DNA from: Accumulibacter sp.
GTDB lineage: Bacteria; Pseudomonadota; Gammaproteobacteria; Burkholderiales; Rhodocyclaceae
Reading direction: 5' to 3'
DNA: 64,000 bases
Assembly (NCBI RefSeq): GCF_023806635.1
Contig: NZ_JAMTDQ010000089.1
Coordinates: forward strand, 395 to 64,394
Shown here: positions 53,184 through 62,288 of the stretch, piece by piece
How positions within the stretch are numbered: the first letter of the stretch is position 1
How the letters are laid out: every line of letters begins with the position of its first letter
Notes under the pieces: generated by a model
The model's database searches: none
The model's input: only the letters and a program-made list of their open reading frames with translations
Told to the model about the DNA's origin: nothing
Made by a program: the position numbers and the translations under genes

Positions 53184-53399
53184 GGCGCACCATCCCGGCA
53201 ATCCCAGGCTTGCCGGGCGACCCACGGTCGCAAGCGCCTGCCGTCCGGGACGGCAGCCGTGGAACAGCATCGCCATGGGCTCCAGCGCCACCGGCAGCGT
53301 TTGTGCGCTATTTGGCGGTTCGCCCGGGCGGCCTGTGGGTAGAATGTCATTTGCGTGACGGGTGCCAGTCGGCGCCCGTGCTCATGGGGAGAGAAAGTC

Positions 53400-54767
53400 G
53401 TGACGAGAAAGTATTTTGGCACCGATGGCGTCCGCGGGCGCGTCGGCGAGGCGCCGATCACGCCCGAGTTCGTCATGCGCCTGGGACATGCGGCGGGGCG
53501 GGTCCTGGCCGCACGCGACAGTGCGCGCAGCCATGCCAAGCCGGGTGACCGGCCTGCGGTACTGATCGGCAAGGACACCCGGATCTCGGGTTACATGCTG
53601 GAGGCGGCGCTCGAAGCCGGGTTTTCCGCTGCCGGGGTCGATGTCTGTCTCGTCGGGCCAATGCCGACGCCGGCGATTGCCTACCTCACTCGCGCGCTGC
53701 GCCTGCAGGCGGGTATCGTCATTTCCGCGTCGCACAACCCATACTACGACAACGGGATCAAGTTCTTCGCGGCGAACGGAAGCAAGCTGCCCGATGATCT
53801 GGAGCTCGAGATCGAGGCGGCTCTCGACGAGCCGCTGACCTGCGTTCCCTCCGCCGGTCTCGGGCGGGCGCGGCGGATCGACGACGCCGACGGTCGCTAC
53901 ATCGAGTTCTGCAAAGGCACCTTTCCATTCGACATGGACCTGCGCGGACTGAAGATCATCGTCGATTGCGCCAATGGCGCTGCCTATCATCTGGCGCCGC
54001 ATGTCTTCCATGAGTTGGGGGCAGAAGTCAGCAGCATCGGTACCGAACCGAATGGCCTGAACATCAACCAGGATGTGGGCGCAACCGCTCCGGCCGCCCT
54101 GTCGCGGGCGGTCGTGGCGCAGGCGGCCGATCTGGGGATCGCCCTCGATGGTGACGCGGACCGCTTGATCATGGTCGATTCGCAGGGCCAGGTCTACGAT
54201 GGCGACCAGTTGCTGTTTGCCGTCGTGCGCAGCCGATTGCGGCAAGGTGCGGTTGCCGGAGTCGTCGGCACGCTGATGACCAATCTCGCTCTGGAACACG
54301 CATTTGGCGAACTCAAGGTCCCGTTTGCCCGCGCGGCCGTCGGCGACCGCTACGTCATGGACCTGCTGCGGCAGAAGGGCTGGCTTTATGGTGGCGAGAA
54401 CTCGGGGCACATCCTGTGTCTTGATCGGCACACGACCGGCGATGGCATCGTCTCTGCACTGCAGGTGTTGTGCGCTCTGCGCGAGGAGGGCGGCGACCTG
54501 CAGCAACTGCTGGGCTGCCTGCGGCTGTATCCGCAGAAGCTGATCAACGTCGCGTTGAGCAAGGGATTCCCCTGGCACGAGCATCCGCTGATCGCGGCCA
54601 CGCGCGACGATGTGGAGCGCGAGTTGCAGGGGCGCGGACGGGTCCTGCTGCGCGCCTCCGGAACCGAGCCCCTGTTGCGTGTGATGGTCGAAGGGCAGGA
54701 GCCGTTGTTGGTCAGCAGCGCTGCCGAGAAGCTCGCTGCGGCCGTGCGCGAGGCGGTCTCGACGTAG
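53400..54767 (+). CDS. glmM: Phosphoglucosamine mutase
   Basis: GTG at 53400 after GGGGAGAG. Contains [15 protein letters not shown], the phosphoserine loop [16 protein letters not shown], and GDGDADR-like LDGDADR. Confidence 0.95.
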   Translation: MTRKYFGTDGVRGRVGEAPITPEFVMRLGHAAGRVLAARDSARSHAKPGDRPAVLIGKDTRISGYMLEAALEAGFSAAGVDVCLVGPMPTPAIAYLTRALRLQAGIVISASHNPYYDNGIKFFAANGSKLPDDLELEIEAALDEPLTCVPSAGLGRARRIDDADGRYIEFCKGTFPFDMDLRGLKIIVDCANGAAYHLAPHVFHELGAEVSSIGTEPNGLNINQDVGATAPAALSRAVVAQAADLGIALDGDADRLIMVDSQGQVYDGDQLLFAVVRSRLRQGAVAGVVGTLMTNLALEHAFGELKVPFARAAVGDRYVMDLLRQKGWLYGGENSGHILCLDRHTTGDGIVSALQVLCALREEGGDLQQLLGCLRLYPQKLINVALSKGFPWHEHPLIAATRDDVERELQGRGRVLLRASGTEPLLRVMVEGQEPLLVSSAAEKLAAAVREAVST

Positions 54768-54860
54768 CCTGCTGTCGGCTGCGAGCGTCCCGACGCTGAC
54801 AGCACGGTCTTCGCTGCCGCGGCGGCGCAGCGATCGCGCGCGCAGCCCCGCCAGCGATCC

Positions 54861-56072
54861 TCAATAAAGCAGGAAGTCCTGCCGCAACTGCAGCCACGCT
54901 TCCTCGTCAGGGCGGCTGAGGGCATCGAGGTCGCCGGGTGTGGCCGTCGGGTCATCGACCCACTGTCGCAGCGCTGGCGAGCCGTTGATCAGGTCGATCG
55001 CCAGCCGTTCCATTTCGTACTCGTAGGGAAAATCCCGCCATAGCGGGTAGTCCGGCTGCAATCGCCGCAGCACCTTGAAGGCGAGACTCTGCAAGCGCCA
55101 GGGACGGAAGCCTTGGTGCAGGTAGGCGCTGTCGTCGACGTGGATCTGTACACCGTGGCACAGCTGCCCGGCGTGTTTGTGGAAGGTCGGCTCGAACCAG
55201 CACTCGCGCAGCCGGCAGCCTTGCAGCCACGCGGGTGCCAGCGAATGCATGCCGGCGATCAGCCGGCGAGCGTCGAGGTCCGGCGCGCCAAACAGCTCCA
55301 GCGGGCGGGTCGTGCCGCGACCCTCGGAAAGCGAGCTGCCCTCGAGCATCACCGTGCCGGCATAACAGCGCGCCATCGCCAGGCTGGCGGCGTTCGGGCT
55401 CGGGTTGATCCAGCTGCGCTGGCCAGTCGGCCAGCCGTAGCCGGGCGCCGCGTCGGGAGACCAGCCCTGCATCCGGATGACCGTGCAGTCCAGTTCCAGT
55501 TCGAACTGGCTGATGAACCAGCAGGCAAGTTCGCCCATCGTCAGGCCATGGCGCATCGGCAGCGGTCCGGCGCCGACGAAGCTCTCCCACCCGGGGCGCA
55601 ACAACAATCCCTCGACCGGCCGCCCGACGGGGTTCGGGCGGTCCAGGATCCACACTTCCTTGCCATGCGTGGCAGCCGCTTCGAGAACGTAGAGCAGGGT
55701 GGTGATGAAGGTGTAGATACGGCAGCCCAGATCCTGCAGGTCGACCAACAGGGTGTCGAAGGTCGACATCATCTGTGACGTCGGACGTCGTACCGTGCCG
55801 TACAGGCTGAACACCGGGATGCCGTGTTGCGGGTCGAAGAACTCGGCCGACTCGACCATGTTGTCCTGCTTGTCGCCGCGCAGCCCATGCTGCGGTCCGA
55901 AGGCGGCCGTCAGCTGCACGTCGCCCAGCGCTGCCAGCGCGTCGAGCGCATGCGTCATGTCGGCGCTGACCGATGCCGGGTGGGCGAGCAGCGCCAGCCG
56001 GCGGCCACGCAGGGGCAGGCGCAGGTCGCTGTCGCCGAGCAGACGGTCGAGGCCGGAGAGGAAGGCTGGCAT
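54861..56072 (-). CDS. DUF1343 family protein (exo-beta-N-acetylmuramidase NamZ-like)
   Basis: ATG at 56072. MPAFLSGLDRLL...LALLAHPASV...FGPQHGLRGDKQDNM...IPVFSLYG...DLQDLGCRIYTF is typical DUF1343. Confidence 0.75.
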   Translation of the reverse strand: MPAFLSGLDRLLGDSDLRLPLRGRRLALLAHPASVSADMTHALDALAALGDVQLTAAFGPQHGLRGDKQDNMVESAEFFDPQHGIPVFSLYGTVRRPTSQMMSTFDTLLVDLQDLGCRIYTFITTLLYVLEAAATHGKEVWILDRPNPVGRPVEGLLLRPGWESFVGAGPLPMRHGLTMGELACWFISQFELELDCTVIRMQGWSPDAAPGYGWPTGQRSWINPSPNAASLAMARCYAGTVMLEGSSLSEGRGTTRPLELFGAPDLDARRLIAGMHSLAPAWLQGCRLRECWFEPTFHKHAGQLCHGVQIHVDDSAYLHQGFRPWRLQSLAFKVLRRLQPDYPLWRDFPYEYEMERLAIDLINGSPALRQWVDDPTATPGDLDALSRPDEEAWLQLRQDFLLY

Positions 56073-56092
56073 CAGGAATTCCTTCGGGCAGA

Positions 56093-56665
56093 TCAGCTTG
56101 CCGGCGCGAGTTCGAGGCGGAAGCCGTCGCGATGATGAAAATCGGGCAGCTTGGCGGGATGGTGCAGTGCCCAGTAACTGTGGCTGCCGTCGACGACATC
56201 GGCCGCTTCGACCACGGCAGCGAGGCCGACCTGCAGGGTCGCCGCGGCGGCATGCGCCGGCAGGGCGGCAGCGGCGATCAGCGCCTCGACTTCGAGGCGG
56301 CCGGCAGACAGCCTGGCGCTCAGCCGTGGTGCCGGCGACGACTCGGCCACGGCTACCGGCTGGCGGTAGCCGGCGAACGCGTAGCTGGCCCACTCACCGG
56401 ACGGCGAGAAATTGAACTCGTGGTACGCCGGCTCGCCCGCGATGCCGATGAAGGCCTCGAAGCAGCTGTGTTCCCACAGCCCATCGGCACGCCCGGGTGC
56501 CGTTGGTGGCGGAATCCGCAGGCGCACCATGTCACCGCGCAGCCGGTAGGCCAGCACGAGGTCGCCGCTGGCCGTGCGTGCTGCCCAGGCTTCGACCGAT
56601 CGGACCACCGGGGCCGGCGTCGCCGGGTGGCAGAGCAGGGTCAGCGGGAATTCGGTGATCGGCAT
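56093..56665 (-). CDS. Hypothetical protein (possibly DOMON/carbohydrate-binding-like beta sandwich)
   Basis: 190 aa, 20 nt upstream of the NamZ-like gene. Contains WEHSCFEAFIG...YHEFNFSPSGEW. The family call is tentative. Confidence 0.45.
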   Translation of the reverse strand: MPITEFPLTLLCHPATPAPVVRSVEAWAARTASGDLVLAYRLRGDMVRLRIPPPTAPGRADGLWEHSCFEAFIGIAGEPAYHEFNFSPSGEWASYAFAGYRQPVAVAESSPAPRLSARLSAGRLEVEALIAAAALPAHAAAATLQVGLAAVVEAADVVDGSHSYWALHHPAKLPDFHHRDGFRLELAPAS

Positions 56666-56809
56666 CGGAGATCCCGTGACGGATCGGCAGAAGCCCGGAT
56701 TCTACTCTCTGTGCGGGCTGTCGCGACGGGTTGGACGCGTGCTCGCAGACCATCGCGGCCGAAGCGGCCTCCTTGCGGCGTCGGCTGCCGACGGCTCATC
56801 CGCTGCTGG

Positions 56810-57892
56810 TCACCCTTCGCCGCTTGCCGCGGTTCCACAGAACATGATGAAGGCCTGGTCGACGATCTGTCGCTCGAGTGCCCGGACGATGAACACCAGC
56901 CTGCTCTGCCGGTCGTCGTCCGGCCATTCGGGCAGTGACGTCGCCGGATAGCGCATGTGCTGCACACACTGCACGACACGTGGCCCGACCTCGTCGGCGA
57001 CGGCGACGAGGCCCTTGACGCGCAGGATGCGGTCACCGCAGGTAGCGAGCAGGACATCGATCGCTTCGGTGAAGTCTGGCCAGTCGAAGGGCTGAGCGAA
57101 ACGCAGGACGAAGGAATGGACCAGCGCGTCATGGCGATTGACGTCATGCACGTGCAAATCCTGGCGCCAGGTTTCGTGTTCCGCCCTGACCTTCTCCTCG
57201 GCCAGCCAGCGCCGGACGTCGGCTGTCTTGCCGGCGGGGTCGTAGAGCCCGCATCCGAGTACCTGCCCGGAATCGATGTGGCCGTGCGCGACCTCGATCT
57301 GCGGTGCGCCGGGGTTCGCCCGGCGCAGTCGCCGCGACAGCGTGGCGAGCTCAGCCGGCTCCGCCAGATCACACTTGGTCAGCAACAGGCGATCGGCCAT
57401 CGCCACCTGCCGCACGGCCTCGAAATGGCGTCCCAGTTGGCGGTTCGCATGGGTCGCGTCGACCGCAGTCACGACGCCATCGATGCGGAAGCGCTCGGCG
57501 ATGAAGAAATCCTCGATCAGTGTGTACAGTACCGGCGCCGGATCGGCCAGGCCGGTGGTTTCGATCAGGACGCGCGAAAAGGCCGGGATCTCGCGCCGCA
57601 GGCGGCGCATGAACAGGTCGCGCAGGCTGCGTGCAAGCTCGCCGCGGACGCTGCAACAGAGGCAGCCGGAATCGAGAACGAGGATGTTGTCGTCGACCTT
57701 GTCAACCAGGTGATGGTCGATCGCGACCTCGCCGAATTCGTTGATCAGCACAGCCGCATCGGCCATTGCCGGTTGCCGCAGGAGATGGTTGAGCAAGGTG
57801 GTCTTGCCGGCACCGAGGAAGCCGGTCAGGATGGTTACCGGGATCGCCCGCTCGGGCGACGGCGCTGCGCTCACTGCGCGCTGCCCGCGCAT
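56810..57892 (-). CDS. COG0523 (CobW/ZigA/YeiR-type) GTP-binding metallochaperone
   Basis: P-loop LTGFLGAGKTTLLNHLL and metal motif DSGCLCCS. The start is either ATG 57892 or GTG 57874 (the latter gives a GTGA overlap with the zur stop). Confidence 0.85.
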   Translation of the reverse strand: MRGQRAVSAAPSPERAIPVTILTGFLGAGKTTLLNHLLRQPAMADAAVLINEFGEVAIDHHLVDKVDDNILVLDSGCLCCSVRGELARSLRDLFMRRLRREIPAFSRVLIETTGLADPAPVLYTLIEDFFIAERFRIDGVVTAVDATHANRQLGRHFEAVRQVAMADRLLLTKCDLAEPAELATLSRRLRRANPGAPQIEVAHGHIDSGQVLGCGLYDPAGKTADVRRWLAEEKVRAEHETWRQDLHVHDVNRHDALVHSFVLRFAQPFDWPDFTEAIDVLLATCGDRILRVKGLVAVADEVGPRVVQCVQHMRYPATSLPEWPDDDRQSRLVFIVRALERQIVDQAFIMFCGTAASGEG

Positions 57893-58332
57893 TGCGCGCA
57901 GCGTCCACGCAGATCGAGTTCGATGCGTGACAGCAGGAATCCCTCCGGCAGCTTGGGGGGTGGCGGCGGTGCGGCGTCGAGGCAGAAGACACGCCCGCAA
58001 CCGTCGCAGCGGAAATGGGTATGGGCCGAATGCTCGCTGCTGCTGGCGGCGGAAAAACGGAACGTCCGCCGCGTGTCCGCGTTCCGGTGCGCCAGTCCGG
58101 TCGCGACCAGCCAGTCGAGTACGCGGTAGAGTGTGACGCGATCGAGCGCCAGGTCGCCGAGGGACTGTTCGATCTCATGGTGGCTGAGTGCGGTCGGTGC
58201 CGATCGCAGCAGGCGGAGGACGCGAACGCGGGCCGGCGTGGCGCGGGCGCCGGCGCAGCGAATCAGACGGGCTGCACGCTCGGTCTCACTCTCGCCCGGT
58301 TGCTCGCCATTGCGGATGAGGGCAGGTTTCAT
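57871..58332 (-). CDS. zur: Fur-family zinc uptake regulator
   Basis: 153 aa. Winged-helix region (RVRVLRLLRSAP.ALSHHEIEQSL...VTLYRVLDWLVATGL). CxxC pairs (FRCDGCG...CAQC). Operonic with a COG0523 gene. Confidence 0.75.
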   Translation of the reverse strand: MKPALIRNGEQPGESETERAARLIRCAGARATPARVRVLRLLRSAPTALSHHEIEQSLGDLALDRVTLYRVLDWLVATGLAHRNADTRRTFRFSAASSSEHSAHTHFRCDGCGRVFCLDAAPPPPPKLPEGFLLSRIELDLRGRCAQCAGSAQ

Positions 58333-58357
58333 GACCGGGAATTAGAACATGGCTGCC

Positions 58358-58399
58358 GGGTATCTGCAACTCGGTTGCAGATACCCGTTGCAGGTGCCC
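58358..58399. promoter_or_regulatory. Perfect 13-bp inverted repeat plus third direct half-site (candidate operator) between zur and msrB
   Basis: GGGTATCTGCAAC-tcg-GTTGCAGATACCC (58358-58386) is immediately followed by GTTGCAGGTGCCC (58387-58399, 11/13 identical). It ends 25 nt upstream of the zur ATG. Confidence 0.45.
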
Positions 58400-58711
58400 C
58401 AGCCATGCATGATCTGGCGTAAGGTGTCGTCCCGTCAGGCGACCAACGGGGGCAGCCTGGCAGCCTGGCAGCCGGCCTGGCCGCCGAGAGGTCAGGACAG
58501 CGGCCCGTGCTGTGGCGCGTGCCGTCCTCTTTCCAGCGGCCGGGGGCGGGAACTGCCGCCGCGGCGTCGTTGCCGAAGGAGCAGGGTTCGTGCGCGCGCG
58601 ATGAGCGTCGTCTGCGGTCGCGCATGGCCCGGGCTAGATCTGGCGCGACACTCTCCGGGGCCGGTTCCGGTCGTCGGTGCCACCCGCTTTATCGTCCTCT
58701 TGGAGCGCATC

Positions 58712-59218
58712 ATGAATCGTTGTCAGACACTGAAATGGTTGAACCGCATCTCGGTCTCCATCGTCCCGGAGGAGACGGCTGGTCCCGCAGCGACCAGTGA
58801 TGACGGTCGGCTCGAAAAATCGCAGGCCGAGTGGGCGACGCTGCTGCCGCTGCCCGCCTACCGTGTCCTCTTCGAAGAGGACACGGAACGTGCCGGAACG
58901 AGTCCGCTGAACCACGAGAAGGGCGATGGCACCTTCGTTTGTGCGGCCTGCTGCCTGCCGCTCTTCGACAGCGCGGCGAAGTACGACAGCGGCACCGGCT
59001 GGCCCAGCTTCTGGCAGCCGTTGCCTGGCGCGATCGCCACGCGGACCGACTTCAAGCTGATCTACCCGAGAACCGAGTATCACTGCCGCCGCTGCGGCGG
59101 GCATCAGGGGCACGTCTTCAGGGATGGTCCGCAGCCGACCGGCAAGCGCTACTGCAACAACGGCGTGGCGCTGCGCTTCGTGCCACGCGGTGAGCAACTG
59201 CCGGAACTGCGCACGTGA
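58712..59218 (+). CDS. msrB: Peptide-methionine (R)-S-oxide reductase
   Basis: ATG at 58712. Contains FVCAACCLPLFDS..KYDSGTGWPSF...EYHCRRCGGHQGHVFRDGP...RYCNNGVAL, with an unusual 35-aa N-terminal extension. Confidence 0.88.
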   Translation: MNRCQTLKWLNRISVSIVPEETAGPAATSDDGRLEKSQAEWATLLPLPAYRVLFEEDTERAGTSPLNHEKGDGTFVCAACCLPLFDSAAKYDSGTGWPSFWQPLPGAIATRTDFKLIYPRTEYHCRRCGGHQGHVFRDGPQPTGKRYCNNGVALRFVPRGEQLPELRT

Positions 59219-59820
59219 GCCGCGCCATCGTCGGTGTACTGCTGCTCGTCGTTGCGGGTTCGCTTGCCGCCGCCGATGGGGCTGCCGGCAAGACGTCCGA
59301 GGTGCGCACGGCGATCTTTGCTGGTGGATGCTTCTGGTGCAGCGAGGCGGACTTCGAAAAGCTGCCGGGTGTCATCGCCGTCGAGTCCGGCTATACCGCC
59401 GGGCGAACGACCAACCCCACCTATGAGCAGGTCAGCGCGGGTGGCACGGGTCATGCCGAGGCGGTGCGCGTCACTTACGACGCGCGGCGGATCAGCTACG
59501 TCCAGCTCCTGGACCGTTTCTGGCGCCACATCGATCCGACCGTCAGGAACCGCCAGTTCTGCGATGTCGGTTCGCAGTATCGCAGCGGCATCTACTGGCA
59601 GAACGAAGCTGAGCGCAAGGCTGCCGAGAGCAGCCGGGATGCCCTGCTGGCCAGCGGCAAGCTGCCGCGGATCGAAACCGAGCTGGCGGCCGCCTCGACC
59701 TTCTATCCGGCCGAGGAGTACCATCAGGACTACTACAGGAAGAACCCCGTGCGCTATTCGTACTATCGGCTGTCCTGTGGGCGGGATGCCCGCCTGAAGC
59801 AGATTTGGGGTGATGGCTGA
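59215..59820 (+). CDS. msrA: Peptide-methionine (S)-S-oxide reductase with signal peptide (exported)
   Basis: GTG at 59215 overlaps the msrB stop (GTGA). Signal AIVGVLLLVVAGSLAAADG, catalytic GGCFWC, and GHAEAVRVTYD. Confidence 0.9.
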   Translation: MSRAIVGVLLLVVAGSLAAADGAAGKTSEVRTAIFAGGCFWCSEADFEKLPGVIAVESGYTAGRTTNPTYEQVSAGGTGHAEAVRVTYDARRISYVQLLDRFWRHIDPTVRNRQFCDVGSQYRSGIYWQNEAERKAAESSRDALLASGKLPRIETELAAASTFYPAEEYHQDYYRKNPVRYSYYRLSCGRDARLKQIWGDG

Positions 59821-59847
59821 GTATCTCTGGCCCCTTTGCAGCTGCGC

Positions 59848-61038
59848 TCAGTCGGCCTGACACAGCAGTCCCTTCAGATACTCCCCTTCGCTGAAGCCGA
59901 GTCCCACCGGATGGTCGGCGGGCGCCGCCAGGTGGCGCAGGATGCGTGCCTGGCGAGCGGCGGCAACTGCCGCATCGGCGACGATCTCCCGAAAGTGCTG
60001 TCGGCTGATTCCCCCCGAGCAGGAATAGGTCATCAGCAGGCCGCCGGCAGTCAGCAGCCGGAAGCCGAATACGTTGATATCCCGGTAGGCGCGCGCAGCG
60101 CGTTCCGCATGCGCGGCCGACGGAGCGAACTTCGGTGGGTCGAGGATGATCAGATCGAAGTGCTCGCCGCGACTCTTCAGCAGCCGCAGCTCGTCGAAGA
60201 CGTCCGCCTCGCGCCATTCGGCGAGGCTGGCGTCGAGTCGCGGGTTGAGGGCGAGGTTTTCCACGGCAGTCGCCAGTGCCGGTGCCGAGGAGTCGATCGA
60301 CAGCACCTGGCTGGCTCCGCCGGCGAGTGCCTGCAACGAGAAGCCGCCGCTGTAGCAGAAGCAGTTCAGCGTCCGGCGCCCGCTGGCGAGCAGGCGCGCC
60401 AGCAGGCGGTTGTCGCGCTGGTCGAGATAGAAGCCGGTCTTGTGGCCGGCGACGACGTCCACCCGCATGCGGACACCATTCTCGACGATGCTCAGCGGGC
60501 TGGGCGGCGCCTCGCCGAGCAACCAGCCGGCGACGGGCAGGAGTCCCTCGAGCCGGCGGACGTCCGAGTCCGAGCGCTCGTAGATGCGCGCGCAGCCCGT
60601 TGCCCGCTGCAGCGCACGTACCAGCGCCTGTCGCCACTTGTCGGCGCCGGCGGACGTCAGCTGGAGGACGATCGTGTCGCCGTAGCGATCGGCGATGACA
60701 CCGGGCAGGCCGTCGGACTCGCCATGCAGCAGGCGCAGCCCCTCCTGTTCGCGCAGCTCGGGCAGCAGCAGGCGACGCTCGACTGCCGCCAGCACGCGCC
60801 GCTTGAAGAAGGCGTCGTCGACGATTTCCTGCGGGTCGAAAGTCCACACCCGGGCGCGGATCTTCGACTCCGGGCTCCAGGCGGCCCGGGCCAGCGCCCG
60901 GCCGTTGGCGGCGACGACCTCGACCGTGTCGCCTGGACGAGCGCGGCCTTCCAGCCGGTCGACCGCGCCGGCGAAAATCCACGGATGCTGGCGGGCAAGC
61001 TGGCGATCCTTGCCGGGCAGAAGAACGAGCTGAGGCAT
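59848..61038 (-). CDS. rlmI: 23S rRNA (cytosine1962-C5)-methyltransferase RlmI-like (PUA plus class I SAM MTase)
   Basis: 396 aa; MPQLVLLPGKDRQLARQHPWIFAGAV...LNCFCYSGGFS...IILDPPKF. Confidence 0.82.
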   Translation of the reverse strand: MPQLVLLPGKDRQLARQHPWIFAGAVDRLEGRARPGDTVEVVAANGRALARAAWSPESKIRARVWTFDPQEIVDDAFFKRRVLAAVERRLLLPELREQEGLRLLHGESDGLPGVIADRYGDTIVLQLTSAGADKWRQALVRALQRATGCARIYERSDSDVRRLEGLLPVAGWLLGEAPPSPLSIVENGVRMRVDVVAGHKTGFYLDQRDNRLLARLLASGRRTLNCFCYSGGFSLQALAGGASQVLSIDSSAPALATAVENLALNPRLDASLAEWREADVFDELRLLKSRGEHFDLIILDPPKFAPSAAHAERAARAYRDINVFGFRLLTAGGLLMTYSCSGGISRQHFREIVADAAVAAARQARILRHLAAPADHPVGLGFSEGEYLKGLLCQAD

Positions 61039-61117
61039 GCGGAAGGTGGCCGGTGCGGGTCAGAGGCGAGGCGCGCAGTCTACACCACAGCGGCAGCCAG
61101 CGAAGCGCTGTTTCGCC

Positions 61118-61158
61118 GGCTGCCCTTCTCCCGTGCGATCCGAGGGCAGCCCTTTTTT
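61118..61158 (+). terminator. Orphan Rho-independent terminator on the + strand (no upstream + strand gene)
   Basis: GGCTGCCC-(18 nt)-GGGCAGCC followed by C and T6. It is preceded by a second hairpin GCGAA-gcgctgt-TTCGC (61101-61117). A TATAAT lies downstream at 61194-61199. Confidence 0.45.
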
Positions 61159-61234
61159 GAGACCGATCAACGCGGCGTCCGCTCTGCACCACCTATAATC
61201 CCCTTCCGACCACCTGCCGAGTCATTTCCAAGCC

Positions 61235-61609
61235 ATGCCACGTGCGCTGCTGTCGAGTCTGCTGATCGTTCTTGCCGTCCCGGCTGTCGCCGACGCCGAT
61301 GCCATCCCGGCGGCAGCGCTGGCTGCGATCGGCGAGCTCGGTCGGCTCAGTGGTCAGGCGCTGGCCTGCGGCGAGATGGGCAGCGCCGGCCAGGCGAAGC
61401 TGCTGATGATCCGGCACGCACCGAAGACGCGGCGCTACGGCGAAGTGTACGAGGAGCGAACCAACCAGGCATTCCTCGCCCAGGGCGGCGACCTGGCTGC
61501 CTGTCCGTCGGCCGCCGATTTCGCTGCCCGGCTCGACGACCTGTCGCGGCACCTGCAGTCGCTGCTGCCGGTTGCTCAGCCGGCGACGCCGAAGCCGCAA
61601 ACGCCATGA
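61235..61609 (+). CDS. Hypothetical exported protein (124 aa)
   Basis: Signal peptide MPRALLSSLLIVLAVPAVADA. The stop overlaps the SCO1 start (ATGA at 61606-61609). No family recognised. Confidence 0.55.
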   Translation: MPRALLSSLLIVLAVPAVADADAIPAAALAAIGELGRLSGQALACGEMGSAGQAKLLMIRHAPKTRRYGEVYEERTNQAFLAQGGDLAACPSAADFAARLDDLSRHLQSLLPVAQPATPKPQTP

Positions 61610-62244
61610 GCCGGGGATTCGCCGTCGCGGTCTGCGGCGCGCTTCTCCTGCTCTTCCTCATTGCCCAGCGTGCGGCGGCGGACGATGGCGCGGGCGACGC
61701 GCCGGCCGGGTTGCCGGCGCGCTATTTGCTGATGGACGCCAACGGGCGGGCAGTCAGCAACGAGGATTTCCCCGGCCGCCTGCAACTGATCACCTTCGGC
61801 TACACGTTCTGCCCGGATGTCTGTCCGACGACGCTCGCCGAGATGGCCGCGGTGCTCGGCGAGCTGGGTTCCGATGCCGAGCGCCTGCAGGCGATCTTCA
61901 TCAGCGTCGATCCGGAGCGCGACACGGCGAGCATGCTGCGCAGTTACGTCAGCTTCTTCGATCCGCGGATCATCGGGCTCAGCGGCTCGCCAGCTCTCGT
62001 CCGGCGTGCCGCAGACCATTTCGCAGTGCGCTACGAACAGGTGCGTGAGCCCGGTGCACCCGCTGATCAGTACGCCGTCGACCATTCGGTCGGGATGTTC
62101 CTGCTCTCGGCGGACGGCCGCTATCTGCGCCGCTTCGCCTATGCCACGCCGGCGGCCGAGATCGCCGCACGCATCCGCGAGATCATCGGCGCGAGCCCGC
62201 AGCGGCCGGGGCAGCAACGCCAGCCGGCAGCGACCGGCAGGTGA
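61606..62244 (+). CDS. SCO1/SenC family copper chaperone (thioredoxin fold)
   Basis: ATG at 61606. N-terminal anchor, CxxxC motif FGYTFCPDVCPTTL, and the downstream conserved His in VDHSVGMFLL. Confidence 0.85.
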   Translation: MSRGFAVAVCGALLLLFLIAQRAAADDGAGDAPAGLPARYLLMDANGRAVSNEDFPGRLQLITFGYTFCPDVCPTTLAEMAAVLGELGSDAERLQAIFISVDPERDTASMLRSYVSFFDPRIIGLSGSPALVRRAADHFAVRYEQVREPGAPADQYAVDHSVGMFLLSADGRYLRRFAYATPAAEIAARIREIIGASPQRPGQQRQPAATGR

Positions 62245-62288
62245 ATGCCCGCGGCACGATTCCTTGCCATTGACTGGAGACCCTCCCG

